Origin: an uncultured Pseudomonadales bacterium
GTDB lineage: Bacteria > Patescibacteriota > Microgenomatia > UBA1400 > PJMF01
DNA: 64,000 bases
Assembly: GCA_964570365.1 (NCBI GenBank)
Contig: CAZMXT010000003.1
Location: forward strand, 3,339 to 67,338
Direction of reading: 5' to 3'
Part shown: piece by piece, positions 47,384-56,728 of the stretch
Layout of the letters: each line of letters begins with the position of its first letter
How positions within the stretch are numbered: position 1 is the stretch's first letter
Program-made: the position numbers and the translations under genes
The notes under the pieces: model-generated
Told to the model about the DNA's origin: nothing
Databases searched by the model: none
The model's input: the letters and a program-made list of their open reading frames with translations, nothing else

Positions 47384-48004
47384 ATGATCTCAAGCACTGA
47401 AAGTGCTCTGCTTCCCGATAAAGTTGAGGCATTGCTACGGTCCACCATCCTCCCCGACCTCGAAAGTGGCCGCAAAGACTTTGATCTACCTCATACTCAA
47501 GCTGTGGTCTACTGGATGAAGTACTTGCTTATCAAACTCAACTCCCCGACCCTCGACCCAACTGTTTTAATTACGGCTGCCTACGCCCATGATTGGGGGT
47601 ACTTTGGATTATTTGATGGAGTTACGCATCGCTCCTTAGCAGAGATCAATAAACGCAAACCGCTCCATATGCAAAGAGGTGCTGAGATGATTGAGAGACT
47701 CCTGCGAGAAAAGCTTTCAGCATTTTTCAGTGAAGCACAAATTCTCCAAACCGCTCACTTGGTCCGAATTCACGACTTGGTAGAAGACGTAAATGCAGAA
47801 GATGAAGTATTGTTAATGGAAGCGGATACGCTCGGCATGCTCGATGCAGACCGGGTCAAACCCACTTTTTCTAAAGAAGATAACCAGATTTTTTTGGATA
47901 AACAAATCGTGGAGAGGCGTCTTCCCCACTTTATCCATCCTGAGGCGAGGAAAATTGGTAAAAAGCTTTTGCTAAAGAGGCGAAAATTTTATGAGCAGAG
48001 ATAA
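47384..48004 (+). CDS. HD-domain metal-dependent phosphohydrolase
   Basis: H...HD signature: ...DLPHTQAVVYWMKYLL... then ...LITAAYAHDWGYF..., with a further ...RIHDLVED... region. Confidence 0.7.
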   Translation: MISSTESALLPDKVEALLRSTILPDLESGRKDFDLPHTQAVVYWMKYLLIKLNSPTLDPTVLITAAYAHDWGYFGLFDGVTHRSLAEINKRKPLHMQRGAEMIERLLREKLSAFFSEAQILQTAHLVRIHDLVEDVNAEDEVLLMEADTLGMLDADRVKPTFSKEDNQIFLDKQIVERRLPHFIHPEARKIGKKLLLKRRKFYEQR

Positions 48005-48256
48005 TGTAACATATGCTGGAGGCTGGATAGAAAAACGTGCAGTATCCCCCTCTCCACTCCACTTTACTAAAGTTTCATCATCCATATGATTGAGCGCCCA
48101 AGTTCTCAGCAGTGGCCTATCATCAACCTGATAAAGTCGCAGATTTCTTGCTTTACAGGAGTCCTGAGCAACACGCAAAGTTGTGGATTTTCCAGTGCCA
48201 GTGATACCTGTAACAAAAAATATTATTGGTTCTGCCATTGTTATCCTTACTCCCAC
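47972..48256 (-). CDS. Small P-loop NTPase-like ORF (possible truncated kinase remnant)
   Basis: MAEPIIFFVTGITGTGKSTT... carries a Walker A motif, but the ORF is only ~90 aa. It overlaps the guaA stop by 10 nt and is convergent with the HD gene, overlapping it by 33 nt. Confidence 0.35.
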   Translation of the reverse strand: MGVRITMAEPIIFFVTGITGTGKSTTLRVAQDSCKARNLRLYQVDDRPLLRTWALNHMDDETLVKWSGEGDTARFSIQPPAYVTLSLLIKFSPL

Positions 48257-49761
48257 TCCATCGTCGCAGGTGGCTTAGTGGTAATGTCATACACCACTCT
48301 GGATACATTGGGAACTTCATTGACTATTCGGCTAGAAATTCGCTGCAAGACTTCATACGGCAGCTGTGCCCATTGAGAAGTCATGATATCTTTAGACTCA
48401 TACGCTCGCACTGCCACTACTTCGGCAAACGATCTTCCATCACCTTTAACGGCCGTACTAAATGCTCCACTCATCACTGCAAAGCATTGAAAAACCTGCT
48501 CATATAAGCCAGCTCTCTTAACTTCTTCAATTACTATCTGATCTGCTTGCTTCACCTGATCAAGGCGAGGTTGTGTAACTTCTCCCCGAATCCGAATTGC
48601 ATACCCAGGACCTGGGAAAGGTTGCTGCATCACCACTTCTTCTGGCAATCCTGATATCCGACCCAACTCGCGAACTTCATCTTTATAGTAGTTCCGCACT
48701 GGTTCTAAAAGAGTTAGCTTCATGTCAGCAGGCAATCCACCCACGTTGTGATGGGATTTAATTTTTGATGCGTGCTTCGAGCCTTTTGACTCGATTACGT
48801 CTGAATAGATTGTGCCTTGAGCTAAGAAGGTCGCCTCTTCATGTTTGTTCGCTTGTTCCTGGAAAATATCTATGTATAGCTTGCCAATTGTCTTGCGCTT
48901 TATTTCGGGATCTTCAACGCCTTTGAGCGCATCTAAAAATCGTTTTTTAGCGTCTACAATTACTAGATCTGCTTCTACCAATTTTGTAAAAATGTACTTT
49001 ACTGCATCTGTAGTTCCCTCCCGCATAAAACCACTATCTACATACACCGGAATCAAACGTTTTCCAATTGCCTTACCAATCAAGAACGCAGCCACTGTTG
49101 AGTCTACTCCACCAGATACGGCACAAATCACTTTTTTGTTTCCTACTGTCTCTTTAATATCTTGAGTAATTTTTTTCGGATCTAACAGAAACGGCTTCAC
49201 TTCTTCACCAAACACTTTTTCACCAAAGTACCGCATTATTTCTAGACCAAACTCAGTGTGGTCAACTTCTGGATGAAATAACAATCCGTACAGTTTTCGC
49301 TCTACATTTTGAAAAGCGGCAAAAGGCACACTACTCGTCGTGCCAATCACTTCAAAACTCTCTGGAAGTATAGTAATCGTGTCGCCATGAGACATAATCA
49401 CTTTGGAAGATTTCTGTGGTAACTTAAAAACATTGTCCTGGCCAACTGTAAATGTTTCAGGACCGTACTCTTTGCTGCCGCTCTCAACCTTTCCACCTAG
49501 CAACTGCGCCATGAGCTGAGTCCCATAACAGATTGCCATAATTGGTAATCCCAGCTCGAAAATTTCCTTTTCCACTGTTGGAGCTCCCTCTTCGTAAACA
49601 GATGCAGGACCTCCAGAAAAAATCATTCCTGTATAGTTACCCAACTTGACCTTCTCCAGAGCTTCTTCTGGATTCACATACTCAGAAGTAATACCCAGCT
49701 GGCGCAAGCGCCGCCCTATCAGGTGAGCAGTTTGTGAACCAAAATCAAGAATAAGAATCAT
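48247..49761 (-). CDS. guaA: GMP synthase (glutamine-hydrolysing)
   Basis: N-terminal class I glutamine amidotransferase (catalytic Cys in GLPIMAICYGTQL), an ATP-pyrophosphatase PP-loop (AVSGGVDSTV) and a C-terminal dimerisation domain ending ...PPATMEWE. Confidence 0.92.
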   Translation of the reverse strand: MILILDFGSQTAHLIGRRLRQLGITSEYVNPEEALEKVKLGNYTGMIFSGGPASVYEEGAPTVEKEIFELGLPIMAICYGTQLMAQLLGGKVESGSKEYGPETFTVGQDNVFKLPQKSSKVIMSHGDTITILPESFEVIGTTSSVPFAAFQNVERKLYGLLFHPEVDHTEFGLEIMRYFGEKVFGEEVKPFLLDPKKITQDIKETVGNKKVICAVSGGVDSTVAAFLIGKAIGKRLIPVYVDSGFMREGTTDAVKYIFTKLVEADLVIVDAKKRFLDALKGVEDPEIKRKTIGKLYIDIFQEQANKHEEATFLAQGTIYSDVIESKGSKHASKIKSHHNVGGLPADMKLTLLEPVRNYYKDEVRELGRISGLPEEVVMQQPFPGPGYAIRIRGEVTQPRLDQVKQADQIVIEEVKRAGLYEQVFQCFAVMSGAFSTAVKGDGRSFAEVVAVRAYESKDIMTSQWAQLPYEVLQRISSRIVNEVPNVSRVVYDITTKPPATMEWE

Positions 49762-51011
49762 GAGGTCTCCTGAGTGCTAGATAGTTGCTCGTACTCATCG
49801 ACAGCTGAAATAAGTGCTGTTGTTAATTCCTTCGCGGAATCAAACTTGAGTATACTTGGGTCTAACCAAACATAGGTGTCAGGAGATATCCTGACACGAA
49901 TTGAGTAGCCAAAATACTCTCGGTCATCCTTTTTCTTACCTGTCACTGGCATTTGAAGCAGAGTTGCAATTTGAGCCTTTATATCTGATCCATCAGGGCA
50001 TACTTTTTCCATTTCCTCCTCAGTCTTTCCTCGCAAGCCAAACTCTATTGGCTGCCTTTGCTCCACAGCATCTCCGAGAACTCCCCACCCCTGAGTGTAT
50101 TGGTTGGTGTAAAAATCTATTAACACCGAACGAAACTTTTCTTTCTTTTTCTTATTTAGCTCCCGAGCAGTTTGTGTATAAAACCAGTGGTCTTGACCTG
50201 TAAACTCTGTCAGCACCGCTGACATGCCATCAAATAGTCCTCCAGTTCTCACCTGCCATTCTCCTCTCTCTCTAGCCGTAAGATCTGGGCGAAGGAAAAA
50301 CCACTTTCCGAGTGAATTTTCTCTATTTCTACGGACCTCGTCAGAAGGCTCGTCACCAACTAAGCGATCTCCATCTGCGAGTAACTTGCCTGCTGGGGTC
50401 AATCGAGATTCCAACTCTTGCATTCTTTTTTGGGTAGGTTTACTCCAATAGTCATCGTGATGCCAAATATCTTTTGCTAGTTGCTGTGCATCTTCGACCA
50501 CCAAATGCTTCCCCAACTTTCGTAATATGATTGCCATCACTCGATTATGTTTTTTTGTTTTCCATTCCTTGCCGAGCGGATCATTTCGCGTTTCTACCTC
50601 CTGATTAAATACTGGCAAAAACTCTCCCAAGTCATGAAGCACAGCTCTGATCAATAATTCGTCATCTGATATTTCTGTCTCCACGTTTTGGTTGCTTTTC
50701 TCAAGGTCACGTATCTCTTTTGTTCTGGTATAAACGTCGTAGCTATGAGCAGCGCCATGGGTACCATCTTGAATCCATGAGAGCAGGCCTGCATACAAAG
50801 GGTCTGGATTAGGCAACAGTGATGTTTGCTTGATCTTTTCAGCTACACCCAGCAGCTTCTCAGTTGCCATCCTGACAAACTGAGCTGAATCTGATCCTTT
50901 CCTCACCCCTATTTTTCCAATTTCTTCCTCAAGCCTTGTCATAAAATTGGCTGGTTCTCCATCTGAAATGAGATTGACTTTTTCATTCCAAACTTCTACT
51001 GCTCTTACCAT
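49758..51011 (-). CDS. HD-domain protein (phosphohydrolase fold) with an uncharacterised C-terminal half
   Basis: H...HD motifs: ...GTHGAAHSYDV... and ...RAVLHDLGEF.... It overlaps guaA by 4 nt and sits 5 nt downstream of the deoxynucleoside kinase gene. Confidence 0.55.
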   Translation of the reverse strand: MVRAVEVWNEKVNLISDGEPANFMTRLEEEIGKIGVRKGSDSAQFVRMATEKLLGVAEKIKQTSLLPNPDPLYAGLLSWIQDGTHGAAHSYDVYTRTKEIRDLEKSNQNVETEISDDELLIRAVLHDLGEFLPVFNQEVETRNDPLGKEWKTKKHNRVMAIILRKLGKHLVVEDAQQLAKDIWHHDDYWSKPTQKRMQELESRLTPAGKLLADGDRLVGDEPSDEVRRNRENSLGKWFFLRPDLTARERGEWQVRTGGLFDGMSAVLTEFTGQDHWFYTQTARELNKKKKEKFRSVLIDFYTNQYTQGWGVLGDAVEQRQPIEFGLRGKTEEEMEKVCPDGSDIKAQIATLLQMPVTGKKKDDREYFGYSIRVRISPDTYVWLDPSILKFDSAKELTTALISAVDEYEQLSSTQETS

Positions 51012-51015
51012 AGTG

Positions 51016-51648
51016 TTACTTTGCTCCTTTTGCTAACCGAGCCCACACCCGATCAACGATTGCTGGTGAGGAAAGTAGCTGTGTATTTTCTGCATCCACT
51101 TCTAGTACAGGAATTTTTTTAGAGCGAAGGTGTTCTTTTAAGAGTTCCTGTCCCTTAGACAAGCTCTCTAGGTACTCAGCAGAGTGATTCTTTATCTCAA
51201 ACTCTCTTCCGCGTCGCTTAATTCTTTCTAAAAGTAAAGGAACGGGGGCGTTTAGGGAGATAACTAGATCTGGAGCAGCCAAATCTGCAGTCAAGACGTC
51301 ATACAGATTGTTGTACAGCTGCCACTCTACTTCAGTCATTGTTTGAGTACTCCGGCGAGAGCTGGCGTACACAAAGCTCATCAGTACCCCACTATCTACC
51401 ACCATACTCGAGCCGGAAAGCTTTCTTTGGTAGGCACGGGTCATCTGAATGCGTTGGGTGAGGAACCACAAATCACTGGTCAAAGACCAACGCTTCCGGT
51501 CAAGCAGCGCATCCTGAAAAAACGGATTTGTCTTATATAACTCGTCGGCGTAGACGGGATGTGCGGGGAGGTTTTTGGCAAGCAGCTCAAGCAAGCTACT
51601 TTTGCCTGTAGCGATATTACCGATGATAATAATTTCTTTATGCCTCAT
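51016..51648 (-). CDS. Deoxynucleoside kinase (dNK family, dAK/dGK/dCK-like)
   Basis: P-loop IIIGNIATGKSSLLELL, then dNK-like blocks (...DRKRWSL..., ...ERIKRRGREFE... LID region). Confidence 0.7.
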   Translation of the reverse strand: MRHKEIIIIGNIATGKSSLLELLAKNLPAHPVYADELYKTNPFFQDALLDRKRWSLTSDLWFLTQRIQMTRAYQRKLSGSSMVVDSGVLMSFVYASSRRSTQTMTEVEWQLYNNLYDVLTADLAAPDLVISLNAPVPLLLERIKRRGREFEIKNHSAEYLESLSKGQELLKEHLRSKKIPVLEVDAENTQLLSSPAIVDRVWARLAKGAK

Positions 51649-51693
51649 CTCAGTTTCTTTCGCTCGCTACTGTAATAAAGCTCTATCTGTTTG

Positions 51694-52293
51694 CTATAAA
51701 ATTATTTGACCATCTGCCCTAATTTCTTGAATTCGGATCAAGGAGTACACCTCCACTCCAGTTTCTGCCTTGATTCGCTCAATCCCCTTTTGCCAAACTT
51801 TATCGAATAACACCGCGAAGCCGGCCACATGAACCTCAGCTTTTTGGAGGGCTTTGATTGCCGCCACTGCCGTGTCGCCATGTGCAACGACGTCATCGAC
51901 CAGAAGCACACTCGTACTAGGTTTAATAAAACCAATATGGCTTTGGACCTCGTCTTGGCCCATGGTGAAAGAGGCATTGCTGTAACTGACCACATCTTCC
52001 CAGGCTCCTGGGATGGTAGTAGTTCTTTTGGAGGGCAGAATTGACTTAACGTGAAGCATTTCCGCCAAGACAGAAACTAAACGCGAACCCGCATCTGGGA
52101 GGCCGACGATGGCATCCAGAGGTTGCAACTCTGCATATTTTTCTGCCCAACACTTGGAAGCAAAACTGAGAATATCTGGGTCAATACTGAGGTTGAATTC
52201 TTTAACAACGATATAGCCTTTTTGGGCATCTTTCACGTACGCAGAGTTGAGGAACTTTTCTTTGAGGAAGGCTAGTTTGTCAGCCGTAGTCAT
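51694..52293 (-). CDS. Type I phosphoribosyltransferase (purine/pyrimidine PRTase fold)
   Basis: PRPP-binding motif VLLVDDVVAHGDTAVAAIKAL. 199 aa. Confidence 0.65.
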   Translation of the reverse strand: MTTADKLAFLKEKFLNSAYVKDAQKGYIVVKEFNLSIDPDILSFASKCWAEKYAELQPLDAIVGLPDAGSRLVSVLAEMLHVKSILPSKRTTTIPGAWEDVVSYSNASFTMGQDEVQSHIGFIKPSTSVLLVDDVVAHGDTAVAAIKALQKAEVHVAGFAVLFDKVWQKGIERIKAETGVEVYSLIRIQEIRADGQIIL

Positions 52294-52421
52294 ATGAGTT
52301 GTTAAACGTGTATTTTACTCGTCACAGTTACAAAAAAACAAGGGGCAAGTACATATAGGGTATGTATCGGCCGAATCGTAATGGGCATCAGTATAGAATA
52401 ATGGCTGTAGACTGGGAATGG

Positions 52422-53048
52422 TTAACTCAACATGCTACCCATGTCACCCACTACTTGCTGACCTGGAGTGAATGGAGTTCCATCTGCATGAGTTTCTCCT
52501 TCTGCACGTTGGATGTAACCTCGATCTGAAAGTTGATATGCCATATCTCCTACCACTAACTCAATCTCCATGCCAAGCTCAGACATATTTCTGTACATAT
52601 CTACGATACCAGGTTGGGCTCCTACCATCACATATACATAAACCTTGTCAATTTTAGGGAACAAACCTTCTGCCGCCCTTCTCTGCAAAGCAACAATTGC
52701 CGACTGGACAGATCCAAATGTAGCTCCACAGTCATCAACAAATGCTAGCTCAACATTTTCTAGTCCTTGTCTATTCATGTCTTCCTGGACACCCTCTAGA
52801 CCTTCCCACTCAGCAAATCCAAACATCATTTTCTTACCAAAATCTAGTCTTTTGGCATCTGCTCTGAGCCTACGCTTCGCATCAACCTGAAAATCTCTCT
52901 CGAATCGTAGTCCACCACGTAGCAATGTAACAGCTACGGTATTAGATTTAAGATTACGCTGAAATCGCTCAATCTGTTGGGTCATGATCGTATCAACATC
53001 ACCTGGTCTTATGTGGTGAAGTTTATTCTCTAATAATGCCTGCACCAT
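52422..53048 (-). CDS. Phosphoribosyltransferase-fold protein (Upp/PyrR-like candidate)
   Basis: PRPP-loop-like LAFVDDCGATFGSVQSAIVAL. 208 aa. 124 nt downstream of pyrF. Confidence 0.5.
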   Translation of the reverse strand: MVQALLENKLHHIRPGDVDTIMTQQIERFQRNLKSNTVAVTLLRGGLRFERDFQVDAKRRLRADAKRLDFGKKMMFGFAEWEGLEGVQEDMNRQGLENVELAFVDDCGATFGSVQSAIVALQRRAAEGLFPKIDKVYVYVMVGAQPGIVDMYRNMSELGMEIELVVGDMAYQLSDRGYIQRAEGETHADGTPFTPGQQVVGDMGSMLS

Positions 53049-53171
53049 GGTAGCTCTCCTTGCTGGTATTCTTAATTTTTTCGTATCTACTCCAGTTGGG
53101 TATTCTTACGCAGTAAGGTCGCAAAAACAATAGGTAAATATGTAAGGGATGAGTATTTTTCAAAGTCCGGA

Positions 53172-54011
53172 TTAGCGAGAATTTTCCTCAATAAATGTCT
53201 GAATCTGGTCTCTCAACTTCTTGGCCTCTCGCCCCGCCATTTCGGCAAAGTCTTCCTTTTGTGACGCAAAGATAATTGCGCGCGCGGAGTTGATAACCAC
53301 ACCTTTTTTCTGAGCGTCCAATCCCGCTGCTACCGTCGCCTGCAGGTCTCCCCCTTGCGCTCCAATTCCCGGCACTAAGAAGGTCATCTCGGGAACAAGC
53401 TGACGAACCAACGACATCTCCTCAGGATAAGTTGCGCCCACTACAAGCATGCAGTTCTGGTTCCCATTCCAGTTCGCTGCAACTTTTTTTGCTACCACAC
53501 TCCAAAGCGGCTGCCCATCTACTAGCAAATCTTGCAGCTCTGGAGAGCCAGGGTTTGAAGTTCGACATAAAATAATGCTGACTTTATCTTTGCGATCTAA
53601 AAAAGGTTGGATGGCTTCGCGCCCGAGGTAGGGGTGCAGTGTCACCGCGTTAAAGCCCAGCCAATCAAAAATTTCTTGCACATAACCAACGTTGGTGGAG
53701 CCAATATCGCCTCTTTTGGCGTCACAGATGGTAAAAACCTCGGGGTGATTGAGGCGCAAGTAATCCATCGTCATCTTGAGCTCAGTCAGTCCTTTTTCTC
53801 CCTGGGCCTCATAAAAAGCAATGTTGGGTTTGTAAGCACAGACATACTCGTGCGTGGCATCAATAATGGCTTGATTAAATGCAAACTGTGGGTATGGGTG
53901 GCCTTTGAGATGAGCAGGTAATTTCTCTAACTGAGAGTCCAGACCAACACAAACCAGTGAGTTGGCTGCATCCATGCGTTGAGTAAGTTTTTGTAGTCCA
54001 GGGTTTGTCAT
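53172..54011 (-). CDS. pyrF: Orotidine-5'-phosphate decarboxylase (long, type 2 form)
   Basis: Start at ATG 54011..54009. ...LVCVGLDSQ..., ...ICDAKRGDIGSTN..., ...TLHPYLG... are type-2 OMPDC blocks. Confidence 0.85.
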   Translation of the reverse strand: MTNPGLQKLTQRMDAANSLVCVGLDSQLEKLPAHLKGHPYPQFAFNQAIIDATHEYVCAYKPNIAFYEAQGEKGLTELKMTMDYLRLNHPEVFTICDAKRGDIGSTNVGYVQEIFDWLGFNAVTLHPYLGREAIQPFLDRKDKVSIILCRTSNPGSPELQDLLVDGQPLWSVVAKKVAANWNGNQNCMLVVGATYPEEMSLVRQLVPEMTFLVPGIGAQGGDLQATVAAGLDAQKKGVVINSARAIIFASQKEDFAEMAGREAKKLRDQIQTFIEENSR

Positions 54012-54013
54012 AC

Positions 54014-54658
54014 TTAAAAGCCGTGACGACCAGCCCATCCTTTCTGTTCAGTAAACCAATCTTCGACTGTCGCTAAGGCGTCTGCAGGGATTGCTCCTGA
54101 CTTTACGGCTTCTTCTAAGATCACTGCGAAGGAAGTAAGTGTGTGTGGTTGCACACCAGCCTCAGCAAACACCGTCTTGGAGTTTGGAAACTCGTAACTG
54201 GTAATCGCTAAACAATCTGTAACGATTCCCCCTTCGGCGCGCAGCGCCTCGACGCCGGATAAGCTACTCCCACCAGTGGTAATGTGATCTTCAATCAAGA
54301 GCACTCGCTTGCCCTCTACTTGACCACCCTCGACACGTTTTTTGGTGCCATGGTCCTTGACTTGTTTACGCACAAAGACTGATGGTTTCTTAAGTAAAAA
54401 TCCTAGCGCCGCGCTATGTGGAATCCCCGCTGTCTCAATACCAGCAATGATGTCAAAATCGAGACTATTAAGGGTAATTAATTCACGAAATCCCTCAATT
54501 ACCAAAGTCCACTCTTCCGGAAAAAAAGGAAGCCGTCGGTTATCTACATAGACTGGCGACTTCAGGCCAGACTTGAAAGTAATCGGCTCAGCTAACTTAA
54601 AGCCCACGGCCTGAATATTCAGTAAAGTCTGAGCAATTTTTTGAGTAGTGTTTTCCAT
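54014..54658 (-). CDS. pyrE: Orotate phosphoribosyltransferase
   Basis: ...FKSGLKSPVYVDNR..., and the PRPP motif VLLIEDHITTGGSS. Confidence 0.88.
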   Translation of the reverse strand: MENTTQKIAQTLLNIQAVGFKLAEPITFKSGLKSPVYVDNRRLPFFPEEWTLVIEGFRELITLNSLDFDIIAGIETAGIPHSAALGFLLKKPSVFVRKQVKDHGTKKRVEGGQVEGKRVLLIEDHITTGGSSLSGVEALRAEGGIVTDCLAITSYEFPNSKTVFAEAGVQPHTLTSFAVILEEAVKSGAIPADALATVEDWFTEQKGWAGRHGF

Positions 54659-54659
54659 A

Positions 54660-55733
54660 TTATTTCTTTCCTTGTTTGTATTCCTGTCCCAGGAATGGAT
54701 TATCCCAAATGCCTACAGATGATTGGACCGCATCTACCCCAAGATCAAGATATTGATCAATGTGTTCTGGCTTGGTGACTCCCCCAATACCTATCACAGC
54801 AAAGTCCTTGAGCTTCAGCTCTTTCTTATATTGCGTCAGGTTTTGTGCCTGCTTCATGGCAATGTTCCGAACTGCCGCGCCTGAGATCCCAGCAGTTGGC
54901 CTCCCTGGAAAAACGTCTTTGCCGTCTTGTTGAGCGATTGGTCCTGAGCCAGTGTTTATGCTTGCAATTCCATCAATAATACCAACATTTTGCTCCATAA
55001 AACTACGCATCATCAACTGATCTTTGTAATAACCTACTTTTACTAGAAGTTTCTTATCTCCAAGCGCTTGCTTCATTGCCTGACACATTTGAGTGGCAAG
55101 CTTAATGTCTTCATAAATTAGGCCAGCACCTTTATCTGTATTGGGACAGGCCAGGTTTAACTCGAAGACTTCGACACCAGTTTGAAGCGCTAATCGCCCC
55201 AACTTCTGCGCATCATCCGTCAACTTTTGATTTGGTTGGGGGGTCGCCATGAGTGACAGTATGAGCAGCTGTCCAGGTTGTAATTTGGAGAGAGTTACTA
55301 CAACGTCTGCTTGCCAATATTCTGGCTTGAGCGAGTGAATTCCAAAGCTGTTCACCATACTCACTTCTTGGTTAGGGAAAGGCTGCGTACTGACTAGAAC
55401 TGGCTGGAGAGCAGCTGACTGCTCAAGCAATTGTGGAAGGTCTGCATAGCGCCAGTGCGGCGCAGGATTCCCCCGCCACTCTTGAGATCGAACACTTTTG
55501 TAGGAAATCAGGTCATACCCAAGTTGCGATAAGAGTGACACATACCGACTGTTACAACTGATTGGACATGCCGCTACACCAAATGCTGAGTTAAGCGAAA
55601 ATCCAAGAAAGGAGGTTTTCAATGTAGGAGAGTTGACTGTCTTAGCAATCTCTTCATTCCAAAAAGGCCCGTAGGTAGCATTTTGCTCAAAGCTCTGCTG
55701 AATATCGTAGATAGGTGAGTTTTGGAGCGGCAT
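54660..55733 (-). CDS. pyrD: Dihydroorotate dehydrogenase
   Basis: ...VFELNLACPNT... (LNxSCPN-type) and ...VIGIGGV...GVDAVQSSVG... blocks. In operon with pyrE and pyrF. Confidence 0.85.
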   Translation of the reverse strand: MPLQNSPIYDIQQSFEQNATYGPFWNEEIAKTVNSPTLKTSFLGFSLNSAFGVAACPISCNSRYVSLLSQLGYDLISYKSVRSQEWRGNPAPHWRYADLPQLLEQSAALQPVLVSTQPFPNQEVSMVNSFGIHSLKPEYWQADVVVTLSKLQPGQLLILSLMATPQPNQKLTDDAQKLGRLALQTGVEVFELNLACPNTDKGAGLIYEDIKLATQMCQAMKQALGDKKLLVKVGYYKDQLMMRSFMEQNVGIIDGIASINTGSGPIAQQDGKDVFPGRPTAGISGAAVRNIAMKQAQNLTQYKKELKLKDFAVIGIGGVTKPEHIDQYLDLGVDAVQSSVGIWDNPFLGQEYKQGKK

Positions 55734-56713
55734 TATTCCTTTATCCCTAATATTTTACGGCCATTTTTGGTCGCAACGTTTACTAATTCATCCAAGTGGT
55801 AGTAGTGAGCCGCTTCTAACAATACCCTGAGATCCATCCACATATCCGCATTATTAAATGGCATCCAGATGTCCGCAATATTGTCTGTGCCTAACCCTAC
55901 TGTTATACCTCTAGGAATCATTTCATCAATTGGGGTCACAGGGTTGTGCGTAGGTGTCAGCACTTCACTCCGCCGTTCATTCAACCAAGAAACCGGACAA
56001 GCAATAAACATCATTTCAGCTTCTTTCACCAATTTATAGACGCTCTCTCGATACTCCAAGGGATGGGCGTTAATGGAAATAGAGTGAATCCCCACCACTC
56101 TCCCCTGCAGAGCGTGCTCGATAGTTTTACGAGCAAGCAGTTCAGTTTCCTTTTCTTCCGGTGTATTTAACTCATCAATGTGAACATGCACCATCTTACC
56201 CAAGCGCTTTGCCGTGCCCAACAAAATATCAAGGTGCTCTGGGGCTCGATCTACGTCAGCTTTCAATAAGCCACCGATGATATCAACAAACTCTGCACCT
56301 ACTTCAAACCACTTCCTCGATTCCTTCGCGTCATTAAAAAGGCCATTGCTCGATTGATTCAGGAACTTGATTGTCATGTCACTTTTATACTTTTCCCTGA
56401 CTCTTTGAGCTGCTTGAATCGCCTTATCTTTGACATTGCAATCTACATCAATAAAACTCCCTAAGCTTGTCACACCCTGCTCGAGCATCCGTTCAATGGC
56501 TTTGGCCATCCGATCATAAATCTGATCAACTGTTGAGTTTCGGCGCAGCTCATCGTTCAACGTCCACTTTTCACTCCTCAGCTTATTTGCCAGCGCATAG
56601 TTCTCTTCAGTAATTGTATAGGCCCGATCGATATGAGCGTGGCTGTTCGTCCATCCACCATTAGCGGCAATTTTTTGCAAAAGAGTTTCTCTGAGATCCC
56701 AATAGGTTGGCAT
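55733..56713 (-). CDS. Amidohydrolase-superfamily protein (candidate dihydroorotase or cytosine-deaminase-like)
   Basis: Metal-ligand pattern ...NSHAHIDRAY... (HxH), ...MVHVHIDE..., ...VGLGTDN.... It lies between argG and pyrD in the same operon, which suggests but does not prove PyrC. Confidence 0.5.
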   Translation of the reverse strand: MPTYWDLRETLLQKIAANGGWTNSHAHIDRAYTITEENYALANKLRSEKWTLNDELRRNSTVDQIYDRMAKAIERMLEQGVTSLGSFIDVDCNVKDKAIQAAQRVREKYKSDMTIKFLNQSSNGLFNDAKESRKWFEVGAEFVDIIGGLLKADVDRAPEHLDILLGTAKRLGKMVHVHIDELNTPEEKETELLARKTIEHALQGRVVGIHSISINAHPLEYRESVYKLVKEAEMMFIACPVSWLNERRSEVLTPTHNPVTPIDEMIPRGITVGLGTDNIADIWMPFNNADMWMDLRVLLEAAHYYHLDELVNVATKNGRKILGIKE

Positions 56714-56728
56714 AAATTTCCTTTTACT

